DNA from: Octopus vulgaris
Taxonomy: Eukaryota
Reading direction: 5' to 3'
NCBI GenBank assembly: GCA_951406725.2
Contig: OX597839.1
Location: 41,167,015 to 41,231,014 of the forward strand
DNA: 64,000 nucleotides
Positions 13,204 through 25,503 of this stretch are shown piece by piece. Both the position numbers and the translations under genes were made by a program. The notes under the pieces are model-generated. The model was not told the origin of the DNA, did no database searches, and worked only from the letters and a program-made list of their open reading frames with translations. Position 1 is the first letter of the stretch; each line of letters starts with the position of its first letter.

Positions 13204-13613
13204 GGCGCAGGAGTGGCTGTGTGGTAAGTAGCTTGCTAACCAACCACATAGTTCCGGGTTCAGTCCCACTGCGTGGCATCTTGGGCAAGTGTCTTCTGCT
13301 ATAGCCCCGGGCCGACCAATGCCTTGTGAGTGGATTTGGTTGACGGAAACTGAAAGAAGCCTGTCGTATATATGTATATATATATATATGTGTGTGTGTG
13401 TTTGTGTGTGAGTGTGTTTGTCCCCCTAGCATTGCTTGACAACCAATGCTGGTGTGTTTACGTCCCCGTAACTTAGCGGTTCGGCAAAAGAGACCGATAG
13501 AATAAGTACTGGGCTTACAAAGAATAAGTCCCGGGGTCGATTTGCTCGACTAAAGGCGGTGCTCCAGCATGGCCGCAGTCAAATGACTGAAACAAGTAAA
13601 AGAGTAAAAGAGT
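13204..13613 (+). mobile_element. SINE family A, full length
   Basis: Complete head, core, microsatellite, body and tail. Confidence 0.92.
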
Positions 13614-15020
13614 ATATATATATATATATATATGTCTGTGTGTGTGTGAGAAAGAGAGTGCTCATGTGAGCCTGTGCTTGTTTTGTTGTTTAGCCCCTAG
13701 CCAGATCTGATTGCAGAGACCATTGGCCAAAGACATTCCATTCTTGACCACCACAACAATCCCCTATGTGTAGGAACCTCTGAGGGCATTAACTAGCTTT
13801 TTCCTTTTTAATCCTGTAGAGTATGGATTTCAGTGACATTGAACTGCTATTTCTAGCAGATTCAGTGACTGTGTAGAGGCTCCACTTTGTCTATGCTTAT
13901 GGGTCTGTGTGTCAGTGTGTGTTATGGAGGAAGAGGGGGGATGTGGTGTTCTTTTATTTTAGGATTGGTGCATAGATGGAGTTTGTTGGTGGTGGCCATC
14001 CTTTTTAAAGTATATGGGTAGGGTGTAGGGTAGTGTAGGTGGTGAAGGCTAGGGATGAGAAAGAGAGAGAGAGAGTGAAGGAGAGAAAAGGAAAGAGGTG
14101 TGATGGTGATTTTGGTGCTGTACTAAAGACAAAGACAATCCAAGGGGTGACCATCCATCCTCCATCTTGTCTTTCTTGAAGTAGTCTTGGGAGATATATA
14201 TCTTTAATGAAGGTGTTAGGATGCGATTTGAGGCATATTTGCTTGCTATTTCTAGCAGATCCAACTACCACATAGAACTTAGGTATTTGCTCAGCTGATG
14301 GTGTTGGTGGTGGTGGTGCTGATGGTAGTAGTAGTGGTTTTGGAGGTGGTAGTGGTGGTTGTGATGTATGGTTGTGGTGGTAGAAATGATGATTGTGGTA
14401 GTGGTGGTGGTGGTGGTGGTGGTAGTAGCAGTTGCTGTAGTGATGGTTATGGTGGTGGTGGTGGTGGTTGTGGCATGTGGCTGTGGTGGTCAGTGGTGGT
14501 GGTTGTGATGTGTGGCTGTGGTGTGTGGTTGTGGTGGTAGCAATGATGGTTGTGGTAGTGGTGGTGATGGTGGTAGTGGTGGTGGTGGTGGTAGTAGTAG
14601 TAGCAGTTGCTGTAGTGATGGTTATGGTGGTAGTGGTGGTGGTTGTGGCATGTGGCTGTGGTGGTTGTTGGTGGTGGTTGTGGTGATGGTTGTGGTGGTT
14701 GTAATGGTCATGGTGGTGATAGTAGTAGCTGGGTGAGGGTTTGGTAGTAGCTGTGGTCAGCTGTGGTCACCAAAATATAATACAAGGCTGAAGCTTTCTT
14801 TCTTTCTTTCTTTCTCTTACTTTCTTTCTTTGTTTCATTAATCTACCCCCCCCCCCTGTATGTTCCCTCCTCATCCATCCTCCTCCTCCTCCTCTCTCTC
14901 TTCTTTCCTCTCCGTCTCCCTCTTCTCCTCCCTCCCCATCACCATCCACCTGTTGGTCAGTCATCAGTGCTAAAGCTTTGAAGCCAGTTTTCAGCCACTC
15001 CTTTATGCATTAGGCCAACA

Positions 15021-15082
<62 letters not shown>

Positions 15083-15716
15083 CATAAGCTAACGTAGACA
15101 CATACACACTCGCACAGAGGAACATGTGTCAACAGGAATATATAAACACATACAAGCAGGCACAGACACACACACACACACACACACATTCTGAAACACA
15201 CATACACCCACACTTACATACATACACACACATACACGCATACATACATACATATATATAAAATACACATATGCATGAACATTTACACACAACCAGACAC
15301 ACACTACACACTACACACACACACACACACACACACACAGGTACACACACATGAAGAGAAGCAGGGACATTCTACTGGACACTGATATAGATTATTGAAA
15401 CATATATACACACACACACAAGATACACTCATAAACACACTGAGATACAAAAGCACACACACACACACATACATACATACAAAATCATTCACAGAAATTC
15501 TCATATCACTGCAATACCACCCAGAGGCTGGTTCTGCTGACCACTGGCCGTACAACAGCCTCAACAACAACAACAACAGTAATCATACCACTACCATCCA
15601 TCCATCCATCCACAGTAAACACACCATGAAATTCTAGCCAGCAGAGTAGATGCTAGGATACCGGTTTCCATCTCAGGTAGGGATATCTTCAGATGACCAT
15701 CACCCATCACCTACCT

Positions 15717-15759
<43 letters not shown>

Positions 15760-15792
15760 TCACACATTCTCTCCCTTTCGTTCATCTCTGTC

Positions 15793-16014
15793 TCTCTCTT
15801 TTACTCTTTTACTTGTCTCAGTCATTTGACTGCGGCCATGCTGGAGCACCGCCTTTATAGTTGAGCAAATCAACCCCGGGACTTATTCTTTTGTAAGCCC
15901 AGTACTTATTCTATCGGTCTTTTTTGCCGAACCGCTAGGTGACGGGGACGTAAACACACCATCATCGGTTGTCAAGCGATGTTGGGGGGACAAACACAGA
16001 CACACACACACACA

Positions 16015-16060
<46 letters not shown>

Positions 16061-16225
16061 TACGACAGGCTTCTTTCAGTTTCCGTCTACCAAATCCACT
16101 CACAAGGCATTGGTCGGCCCGGGGCTATAGCAGAAGACACTTGCCCAAGATGTCAGGCAGTGGGACTGAACCCGGAACCATGTGGCTGGTTAGCAAGCTA
16201 CTTACCACACAGCCACTCCTGCGCC
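15793..16225 (-). mobile_element. SINE family A, full length
   Basis: Reverse-complement match to the family consensus. Confidence 0.92.
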
Positions 16226-17160
16226 TGTCTCTCTATTTCTTTTACCTTTTCCCTCTATTTTTCGTCGTTCTCTCTCTTGCTGTCTTGTCTCTCTCTCTCT
16301 CTCTCTCTCTCACTGCCTCTCTCCCTACCTTTGTTCCCCACTCTTTCTCTCCATATTTTCTCCCTCTATGCTTTAAGTGCCATTTCCCTCTCTTCTGTCC
16401 TGTCTGTCTGTCTGTCTCTCTCTCTCTCTTCTCCCCCTCCGTCTCTACTCCTCCTATCTCTCTTTTATGCCTCTCTTCACTCTCTCCCCCTTCCTTTGTC
16501 TCCCATTCTCTCCTTCTATCTCCTTCCTCTCTCTCTCTTTCACTCTATCTCCTTCCTCTCTCTCTCTCTCTCTCTCTTTCACTCTATCTCCTTCCTCTCT
16601 CTTTCCTCCCTTTCTCTCTCTTTCTAAATGACATGTATGAGCATCCGCTCTGGGAGGTGGTTTGGAATGTGATGGGAAATTTACTTCCCAACCACATGGC
16701 TCTGGGTTCAGTTCCACTGTGTGGCACCTTGAACAAGTGTCTTCCACTTATAGCTCCAGGCTTGTCAAGCGATGGTGGGGAACAAACACAGACACACAAA
16801 CATATGTACACACACATATATATATATATATATATGTCGAAAGACACCTGTTGTTTTTGTCCTGTTATTATTATTGTTTTTTGTATTTTATATTCATGTG
16901 GCATCGTCCGTTTTTCTGTCCCTGTTTCGTATACATTCGATCCTTTTTCCCAGAAATCTAATGCTCGTAGCTTAGTTTTTCCTTGGGGCTAGCCGGATCT
17001 GAGCGATAATCAGGATTAATCAGCCGAAATTGCGAGGATGATCCGGTTCTTGACTGAAGATTAGAGGCTTCGAATGACCCGTCCGTTTTTTTTTGTGTCG
17101 TCTATTTGAATGTTTTGCGTTCTTGTCCCATTTTGTATTTTTATATATATTTTTTATACA

Positions 17161-17191
<31 letters not shown>

Positions 17192-17192
<1 letters not shown>

Positions 17193-17590
17193 GGCGCAGG
17201 AGTGGCTGTGTGGTAAGCAGCTTGTTAACCAACTACATGGTTCCGGGTTCAGTCCCACTACGTGGCATCTTGGGCAAGTGTCTTCTGCTATAGCCCCGGG
17301 CCAACCAATTCCTTGTGAGTGGATTTGGTAGACGGAAACTGAAAGAATCCCGTCGTATATATGTATATATATGCATGTTTGTGTGTCTGTGTTTGTCCCC
17401 CTAGCATTGCTTGACAACCGATGCTGGTGTGTTTATGTCCCCGTTACTTAGCGGTTCGGCAAAAAGAGACCGATAGAATAAGTACTGGGCTTACAAAGAA
17501 TAAGTCCTGGGGTCGAGTTGCTCGATTAAAGGCGGTGCTCCAGCATGGCCACAGTCAAATGACTGAAACAAGTAAAAGAGTAAAGAGTAT
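17192..17590 (+). mobile_element. SINE family A, full length
   Basis: Match to the family consensus. Confidence 0.92.
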
Positions 17591-17619
17591 ATATATATAT
17601 ATATATATATATCTTCTTT

Positions 17620-17920
17620 CTGCCTTTAGCCCTCCAGTGCGGAGTATAGGCCACTTGTAATTGAATTCAATGTCTCATAATTTTTCGCTTCTGTAGTTAT
17701 ACTCTGCCATGAATGTCCCCCTCTCTCTAGTTCCTTTTGTGTTGATCTACTTAGGCCTACCTCTCTTTCTATATCCACCTGGATTCTACTGTAAAGCACT
17801 TTTCTAATTGTGCTACCAATCCACTTCCACTTTTTCTTAACTTTCGAAACTTGCTTTGTTCTTTGCCATAGCTCCATATTGCTTATATATTTGGGCCATC
17901 TAATTTTAAGTATACTAAGG
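17620..17920 (-). mobile_element. Decayed RTE LINE 3' fragment
   Basis: LKLRWPKYISNMELWQRTKQ..KKWKWIGSTIRK resembles the RTE ORF C-terminus (W.WIGHTLRK). Confidence 0.65.
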
Positions 17921-18193
17921 CTATAGTAGAGGACACTTGCTCAAAGTGCCACACAGTGGGACTGAGCCTGGAATCATGTGGTTGGGAAGCAAGCTTCTTA
18001 CCACACAGCCACCTTGTGTGTATGAATAGTTTCCTCTTTGTATAGTGGTTAAGCAACTACAGTACTTAGTAGTATTAGTAGTTGTGATGTGCAGAGCAAG
18101 TTTAAGAAAAACTAAAATAAGCTGAAACACAAGTTTTGATTATTAGTTTCTACATATGCCTCACCATTGTGGTTGCTATGTATACATACATAT

Positions 18194-18225
<32 letters not shown>

Positions 18226-18711
18226 GTGTGTGTGTGTGGAGGCACAATGGCCCAGTGGTTAGGGCAGCGGACTCACGGTTGTAGGATTGCAGTTCCGATT
18301 CCCAGACCGGGTGTTGTGAGTGTTTATTGAATGAAAACATCTAAAGCTCCATGAGGCTCAGGCAGGGGTCAGTGACAATCCCTGCTGTACTCTTTCGCCA
18401 CAACTTTCTCTCACTCTTTCTTCTGTTGGCCTACTCGCTTAGCCAGCCGGGTGGCGTCATTTGAAGGCTAAAACAATGCGAAGCACATTGTGACCAGTGA
18501 TGTGTAGCAACATCTGATAGCCTGGGCGGTCACGGTGATCACGGTGATATATATATAAATATATATAAACACACACACGCACACACACACATATATATAT
18601 TCTGTCATTGAATATACCCAATGTTCACATACATCATGTTTACTTTCTACAAACTCAATTTTATGATCACACTGTGAAATTTAGTGTTATCTAACACAAA
18701 CACACATACAT

Positions 18712-18775
<64 letters not shown>

Positions 18776-18863
18776 GGAAAGTTTACAAAAATAAACAAAA
18801 GACGAAGGCAGGTGGAGTACAAACAAACAAATGTATTAGTATAACGCTCGGGAATAGAAAAAG

Positions 18864-18901
18864 TCTTTTACGTTTCGAGCCTACACTCTTCGACAGAAAG
18901 A
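18864..18901 (-). ncRNA. Candidate minimal hammerhead ribozyme, variant core
   Basis: Minus strand reads UCUUU-CUGUCGA-A-GAGU(GUAG)GCUC-GAAA-CG-UA-AAAGA, within a ~190-bp insert abutting (TA)n. Confidence 0.55.
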
Positions 18902-19095
18902 TACACAGAAAAGAAACAAGGAGAGAAAAAATGCATGTAGGAGCTAATGATCTATCATGGCGTCCTGACTTTGGACAGTGGTCAGACGCGAGAGGGACAG
19001 TAGGGGAGATACACACACACATATATGCACTCATACACACATGTATATATGTTTATGTGTATCGATACATTTATAGTGGTGTGGGTGATCACTGG

Positions 19096-19148
19096 GGATC
19101 ACTCGGCTCGTCCGTCGATGAAGAATGCGGCTATTCGCGTGAACTGAT
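19096..19148 (+). pseudogene. 5.8S rRNA 5' fragment (dispersed copy)
   Basis: GGATCACTCGGCTCGTCCGTCGATGAAGAATGCGGCTA..GCGTGAA versus conserved animal 5.8S GGATCACTCGGCTCGTGCGTCGATGAAGAACGCAGC. Confidence 0.85.
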
Positions 19149-19482
19149 AGAAAATATAAGGCAGCGAGCTGGCAGAAGCGTTAGCATGCCGGGCGAAATG
19201 CTTTGCGGTATTTCGTCTGCTGTTACGTTGTGAGTTCAAATTCCGCCAAGGTCGACTTTGCCTTTTATCCTTTCGGGGTCGATAAATTAAGCACCAGTTA
19301 CGCACAGGGGTCGATGTAATCAACTTAATTCTTTTGTCTGTCCTTGTTTGTCCCCTCTATGTTTCGCCCCTTGTGGGTAATAAAGAAATAGGTGTGGGTG
19401 TGTACTTGTATATCTGCATGCATGCATATATGTATTCTGTTACCTATTTATTTCTTCACTTCTCGCTCCCTGTCATTGCCAG

Positions 19483-19824
19483 GCTGAAGAACTTAACACT
19501 ATCATCGGGAATGCTTTCAAGATGGCCTACGCACAGCAACGTCAACGGCAGCCAACATTCAATGAGCTGATCGAGCGCCAGATCCAGGAACAGAAGGCCA
19601 AGTTTGCTGAGGACCAGGAGCAGGCAGAGAGGGACCTCCAGCAGAAGCTCAACGAGATTGCCACTCCAACCCCGTTCTCAGAGAAGGCCATACAGAGGAT
19701 GGAGATGAGACGACAACTGAGCGAAGAAACAGCGCAGGAGAGAGAGAAGGAACTTGCACAACAACATCACCAGCAGCAACAGCAGCAGCATTCAAGCACT
19801 GCTACACTGCGGAGCTGGCTTTGG
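19483..19824 (+). CDS. SH2D5: Exon: PTB C-terminal helix, coiled-coil and polyQ/H region
   Basis: cattgccag acceptor, gtaagt donor, 342 nt, phase 0/0. AEELNTIIGNAFKMAYAQQRQRQ...; 'IG.AF..AY' is the typical PTB terminal helix. Confidence 0.9.
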
Positions 19825-19970
19825 GTAAGTACGGCCCTTGGCTCAGTGGACTTCATTTTGGCATGTGGGGGCTGGGGACACAAAATGTTAATGGCATAGA
19901 TGAAGTTTATGATGTTAGTTTTCCGAGCTTTGTATGAGAACCTTGTCATCATGTTTCAGTTGACATCTTG

Positions 19971-20468
19971 ACTACCCGTCTGATAAGGGTACCCTAGGCA
20001 CATGCATCACAACCATATGTGCATGACATGATGATCTCATCAAGATAAACAGCACATGACCATGCAGGTGGGGCCCAGTTAGAATTTTCTTCTGGTCGAG
20101 TAGTCCATCCCGCTCAAACGGTCCCTGAATAAGGGTTGTTTAAGGATGTTGAACGAAACACCCATGTTTCTGAAGGTGAATTATCCAAACCCCAAAGAAT
20201 CCCTCTCAACACATGGCTATGATGCTCCCCCCACTAATTCTGCTCGTGGTCAGAGATGCACATATCGTCAGCCACTAAGGGACATGCTCAACTGGTTAAG
20301 GTCAAACAACTGACTAGCAAATCTGTGGTATTGAGCAGAATATTTTCTGTAGCCCATCTTTTATACCAAGACAAAACAATGTGCATGATAACACTTCCAA
20401 TCAATTAAGATCAGAAGCCATGAGAGCCACTGCCTGGTACTGCATCAGGGCATTTTATTATTATCATT

Positions 20469-20500
<32 letters not shown>

Positions 20501-20700
20501 TATTATTAGTAGTAGTATTATCATCAGCTGTTGTATACTATGCATACTTCCCTTCTTCGTTTTATTGTATACCATGTAATCTTTCAAATTTTGTTTTTTA
20601 TCATTTCATTATATGTAAACTCCAATACTTTATTATTGTCTTTATATTGTTCTCCTCATCTTTTGCCCTGGTAGTAAATAAAAGAAATCATCATCATTAC

Positions 20701-20749
<49 letters not shown>

Positions 20750-21094
20750 GAGTGAGAGAGCAGTTCATGCCATCAAAGTGACACTGGGGTAAAATATACG
20801 AAGCCCAATATACCCATCATGACTACCCGTCTGATAAGGGTACACCAGGCACATGCATCACAACCATATGTGCGCGACATGGTGATCTCATATCAAGATA
20901 AACAGCGCATGACCTTGCAGGTGGAGCCCAGTTAGAATTTTCTTCAGGTCGAGTAGCCCATCCTGCTCAAAAAGTCCCTGAATAAGGGTTGTTTAAGGAT
21001 GTTGAAAGAACCACCATGTCTCCAGAGGTGAATTATTCAAACCCCAAAGAATCCCTCTCAACACATGGCTATGATGCTCCCCCACTACTTCTGC
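19971..21094. mobile_element. Two overlapping-part copies of an unclassified interspersed repeat adjoining (ATT)n tracts
   Basis: 19971-20245 is repeated at 20821-21094; both copies abut ATT/ATC microsatellites. Class unknown. Confidence 0.6.
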
Positions 21095-21097
21095 TTA

Positions 21098-21146
<49 letters not shown>

Positions 21147-21160
21147 CATCATCATCATCA

Positions 21161-21197
<37 letters not shown>

Positions 21198-21290
21198 CAT
21201 TATTATTATTATCATTATCATTATTATTATTATCATTATCATTATTATCATTATCATTATCATTATTATTCTCCTCCTCCATTCCAACAG

Positions 21291-21689
21291 GGAAGGCAGA
21301 CGACGGAACGTGTGAAACACCGGTCACCAGTTACGGAACTCCTATCGCTGACCTCTGACCGCGGCTCGCCGCCACCTGCCCTTATCAAGCCATCCTCTAG
21401 TCCCGCCCACCTGAGGCCACAGCCACACAACAGCACCGATCACAGCCTCCACGGCCAGCAGCGTAACTCTGTACCTCCTGGGGTGAGCAACTCCCACTCC
21501 TTGTCTGTTAGCGCTATCCAACAATGCTTTGAGAACTGTCAGGTGAAGGGGTCTCCCGTGACTGCTTTAAAAGATCAAATTGACAAACACTTCGGTGATT
21601 GCTCCCTTGAATCCTTAGATCTGGAATTTGGCCACCCTGACACATATCTATACCCTGCTTCTAAACTAAAGCAGAAAGATGGGGAAAAG
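21291..21689 (+). CDS. SH2D5: Exon: Ser/Pro-rich linker
   Basis: attccaacag acceptor, open phase-0 frame GRQTTERVKHRSPVTELL...KQKDGEK, donor AAG|gtacct. Alternative in-frame donors exist, so the 3' end is less certain. Confidence 0.72.
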
Positions 21690-21785
21690 GTACCTCTGCT
21701 TTGTTCTTCTATTTTCTTTTCTTTTTTTTTTTTTCCTTTTTTTTCTTTTTCATTTTTTCTTCTCACTCACTCACTCACTTACTCA

Positions 21786-21816
<31 letters not shown>

Positions 21817-22479
21817 ATTTTCTTTTTTCATTGCATGCCCTTTGTTCTCTGTTCTCTTCTTTACACATCTAACTATCACTTTTAACATCTAGAGATTGCC
21901 ATTACCTTAATCCCTAAATATAGCCTTGACCTTTAAACCTAATCTTAACATATAAAAAACCTAATCTTAACATATAAATTCAGTTTAACATCTAAAGCCA
22001 GCTTATCACTGTAAATTCAAAATGCTAAATTTGCCACAATACTTTAAACTTGGCCCTAACACTCTAAATTCACCATAGCACTCTAAACTTGCCATAACAA
22101 TCTAAAACTTCCTCTAACATTAAATTTGCCATAACACTCTAAACTCACCTTAGCATCTACTCACCTGCCTTAACATCTAAGCTTGATTTAGTATCAAAAC
22201 AAGCAATCTACTATATTTTCTGGTATACAAGTCAAAGTTTTCAGGCCGAAATTTTTGACCAAAAAAGGTAGGTTGACTTACTCACCAAGACGACTTTGGA
22301 GGACCCCGGTGCCATGCAGTGGTCTTACCACTAAGAAAGGAATGTTCTCAAGAAAAATTTAGGAAACGCCAGAACGTAATCGTTATTTTCTTGAAACATT
22401 CTTTTCTTAGTGGTAAGACCATAGCAGATATTCTTCTAGCATAATGGATGTCCACTTACAGGTCATCTCTCTTATATGT

Positions 22480-22681
22480 ACTCTTTTACTTGTTTCAGTC
22501 ATTTGACTGCGGCCATGCTGGAGCACCACCTTTAGTCGAGCAAATCGACCCCGGGACTTATTCTTTGTAAGCCCAGTACTTATTCTATCGGTCTCTTTTG
22601 CCGAACCGCTAAGTGACGGGAATGTAAACACACCAGCATTGGTTGTCAAGCAATGCTACGGGGACAAACACTGACACACAA

Positions 22682-22717
<36 letters not shown>

Positions 22718-22880
22718 ATATATACGACAGGCTTCTTTCAGTTTCCGTCTACCAAATCCACTCACAAGGCTTTGGTCGGCCCGGGGCTATAGCTAAGACA
22801 CTTGCTCAAGATGCCATGCAGTGGGACTGAACCCGGAACCATGTGGTTGGTTAGCAAGCTACTTACCACACAGCCACTCA
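22480..22880 (-). mobile_element. SINE family A
   Basis: Reverse-complement match to the family consensus. Confidence 0.9.
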
Positions 22881-23521
22881 TATAATTTTTTTCTGAAACT
22901 TCAGATTTTAAAATATGCTACACCACTGGTTTTAAATTGATATTAATCAAATTAACATTTAATTTTTCACCCGTAGTATTTTAAATTTATATAAATAAAC
23001 AAAAATTGGCTAAAAGCTATCCATTGAGAGTAACATATTTAAAATTAAAAGCAGAAAAATATAAACTTACACACAGTTCATAACTGTGCTCTGCAGCTAT
23101 TTCATAGGGATTAAGCATCATTATATAACTATGTTTGATGCTAATGAAACAGCTGTCGAGTACAATTAAATTATAAACTATATGTGAAATTCTTACCAAT
23201 ATATATATTATATATTGCCCTAATCAGGTTCTACACAGCATAATTTTTTAAAAAATAGTTATTTTATTAGATCCTACTAAATTCTTGATTTGTCCCCAAA
23301 ATTAATTAGAAACAAAATTTAGAGCATACATTTTATTAGAAATATGGCTGTGCTGAAAGCTAACATTGAAATTAAAGGTTCTGAGTTCAAACTCAGCCTA
23401 AAGAACTTGTGTGCAATTATGATAACAGACCACCTGGTGACAGCCAGGGATTACACCAATGAAAATATAACAGAGAAAAGAAAAAAAGAAAAAAAAAGGA
23501 AACGAAGTTGGCATTGACAGA

Positions 23522-23777
23522 CTTCTTCTTCTTCTTCTTCTTCTTCTTCCTCTCCTTCTTCTTCTTCTTCTTCTTCTCCTCCTTCTTCTCCTTCTTCTTC
23601 TTCTTCTTCTTCTTCTTCTTCTTCTCCTCCTCCTTCTTCTTCTTCTCCTCCTCCTTCTTCTTCTTCTTCTTCTTCTTCTTCTTCTCCTTCTTCTTCTCCT
23701 TCCTCTTCTTCTTCTTCTTCTCCTTCTTCTTCTTCTTCTTCTTCTTCTTCTTCTTCTTCTTCTTCTTCTTCTTCTTC
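23522..23777. repeat. (CTT)n polypyrimidine tract
   Basis: About 255 bp of pure C/T sequence. Confidence 0.95.
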
Positions 23778-24628
23778 TATTTTTGCATATCATTTGCATA
23801 TTTCGCTGCATATAATTTTTCTTCTTCTTCTTTTGAGTTTGTTGAATACAGTTTTTCGTTGTCCAAGAATGAGGCTTATTTTTTTTTTGCTTTTTTTGTT
23901 TTTATTCATTTGTTTATACCAATTAATTTTCCCTAATTGCAATTGTTTTGTTTGTATGTTTTTGCCTATTGTTTTTTGTTGTTTTTTCTTTTACCATTTA
24001 TCCATTTATTTGTTTATTCATTCCTTTACATATTTCGCTTTTTATTTATTCTCCCTAAAATACATCTTCCTCTTCCTCCTCCTCTTCCCACCATGCCCAC
24101 CTCTTCGCTGTTTCATTTCGATATTTTCCGTTCATCATTCAAAATTTGTTTACCTGCTCAACCCACCACCTTAGTCTTCTCCCTTTTTTTTTTTTTGGTT
24201 TTTTTTTTGGTTTTTCTTATGTTTATGAGGTTGGTTTTTATGCTTTTTGGGGTTTCCTTCTCCCACAGCATCTGCTTTGTATCCCCATTCCCCACCACAC
24301 CTACCTCACCCTTTGTCCATATCTGCACTTGTACGGACGGGCACGCTCGGGCACGCTCAAATGCGTATGCACACATAGGCATGCACACACACACACACGC
24401 ACACACACAGGTATTCATGCCCACAGAGGCATACACAGACACACACTCTTATAATCATTAATATGCACATGCATAAAAACATTAACACACACACACACAT
24501 GCACACACACACACACATACAACAGAAGCATGCACACACACGACACACACATACACACATACACCTTCTTAAAATCATTAGTATGCACATACATAGAAGT
24601 ATTAACACACACACACAACACAAGCATG

Positions 24629-24665
<37 letters not shown>

Positions 24666-25045
24666 ACACACACAGACACACATACACTTAAAATTATTAA
24701 TATGCACATACATAAATGTATTAACACACACACACGCACACACACACACATACACATTGTTTGTAAAGCATTATGAATAACTTATGGCCTATCACTGGGG
24801 CCTTTTTTTTTTGTTTATAATCTCAGTATTCAGGCCCCATTTATCTTTACATGCTATTAAATAAAGGGAGACTTCATCATCATCATCATCATCATCGTTT
24901 AACGTCTGTTTTCCGTGCTAGCATGGGTTGGACGGTTCGACCGGGCTCTGAGAAGCCAGGAGGCTGCACCAGGCTCAAGTCTGATCTGGCAGTGTTTCTA
25001 CAGCTGCATGCCCTTCCTAACGCCAACCACTCCATGAGTGTAGTG

Positions 25046-25503
25046 GGTGCTTTTTACGTGCCACCGGCACAGGTGCCAGGGGAGTCTGGCAGCGGCCACG
25101 ATCGGTTGGTGCTTTTTACGTGCCACCGACACAGGTGCCAGGGGAGGCTGGCAACAGCCACGATCGGTTGGTGCTTTTTACGTGCCACTGACACAGGTGC
25201 CAGGGGAGTCTGGCAACGGCCACGATCGGTTGGTGCTTTACGTGCCACCGACACAGGTGCCAGGGGAGTCTGGCAACGGCCACGATCGGTTGGTGCTTTT
25301 TACGTGCCACCGACACAGGTGCCAGGGGAGTCTGGCAACGGCCACGATTGGTTGGTGCTTTTTACGTGCCACCGACACAGGTGCCAGGGGAGTCTGGCAA
25401 CGGCCACGATTGGTTGGTGCTTTTTACGTGCCACCGACACAGGTGCCAGGGGAGTCTGGCAACGGCCACGATTGGTTGGTGCTTTTTACGTGCCACCGGC
25501 ACA
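25046..25503. repeat. 62-bp minisatellite, about 7.5 copies, inside an RTE-related element
   Basis: GGCCACGAT recurs at 25094, 25156, 25218, 25278, 25340, 25402, 25464. Confidence 0.93.

Noticed and set aside
13204-13280. tRNA genes
   Set aside because: A/B boxes are SINE heads continuing into SINE bodies; no intact cloverleaf.
15979-16992. Longest ORF (337 aa) and the recurring 'RLPNPLTRHWSARGYSRRHLPK' peptides
   Set aside because: Antisense SINE translation plus CT repeats; recurs wherever the SINE occurs.
19096-19148. Functional rDNA unit
   Set aside because: Only about a third of 5.8S, with substitutions and no 18S, ITS or 28S context.
23398-23936. Poly-Arg protamine-like and poly-Phe ORFs
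   Set aside because: Frames of the (CTT)n tract.
25046-25503. CRISPR-like array
   Set aside because: Units are near-identical end to end with no unique spacers; eukaryotic context; no cas genes.
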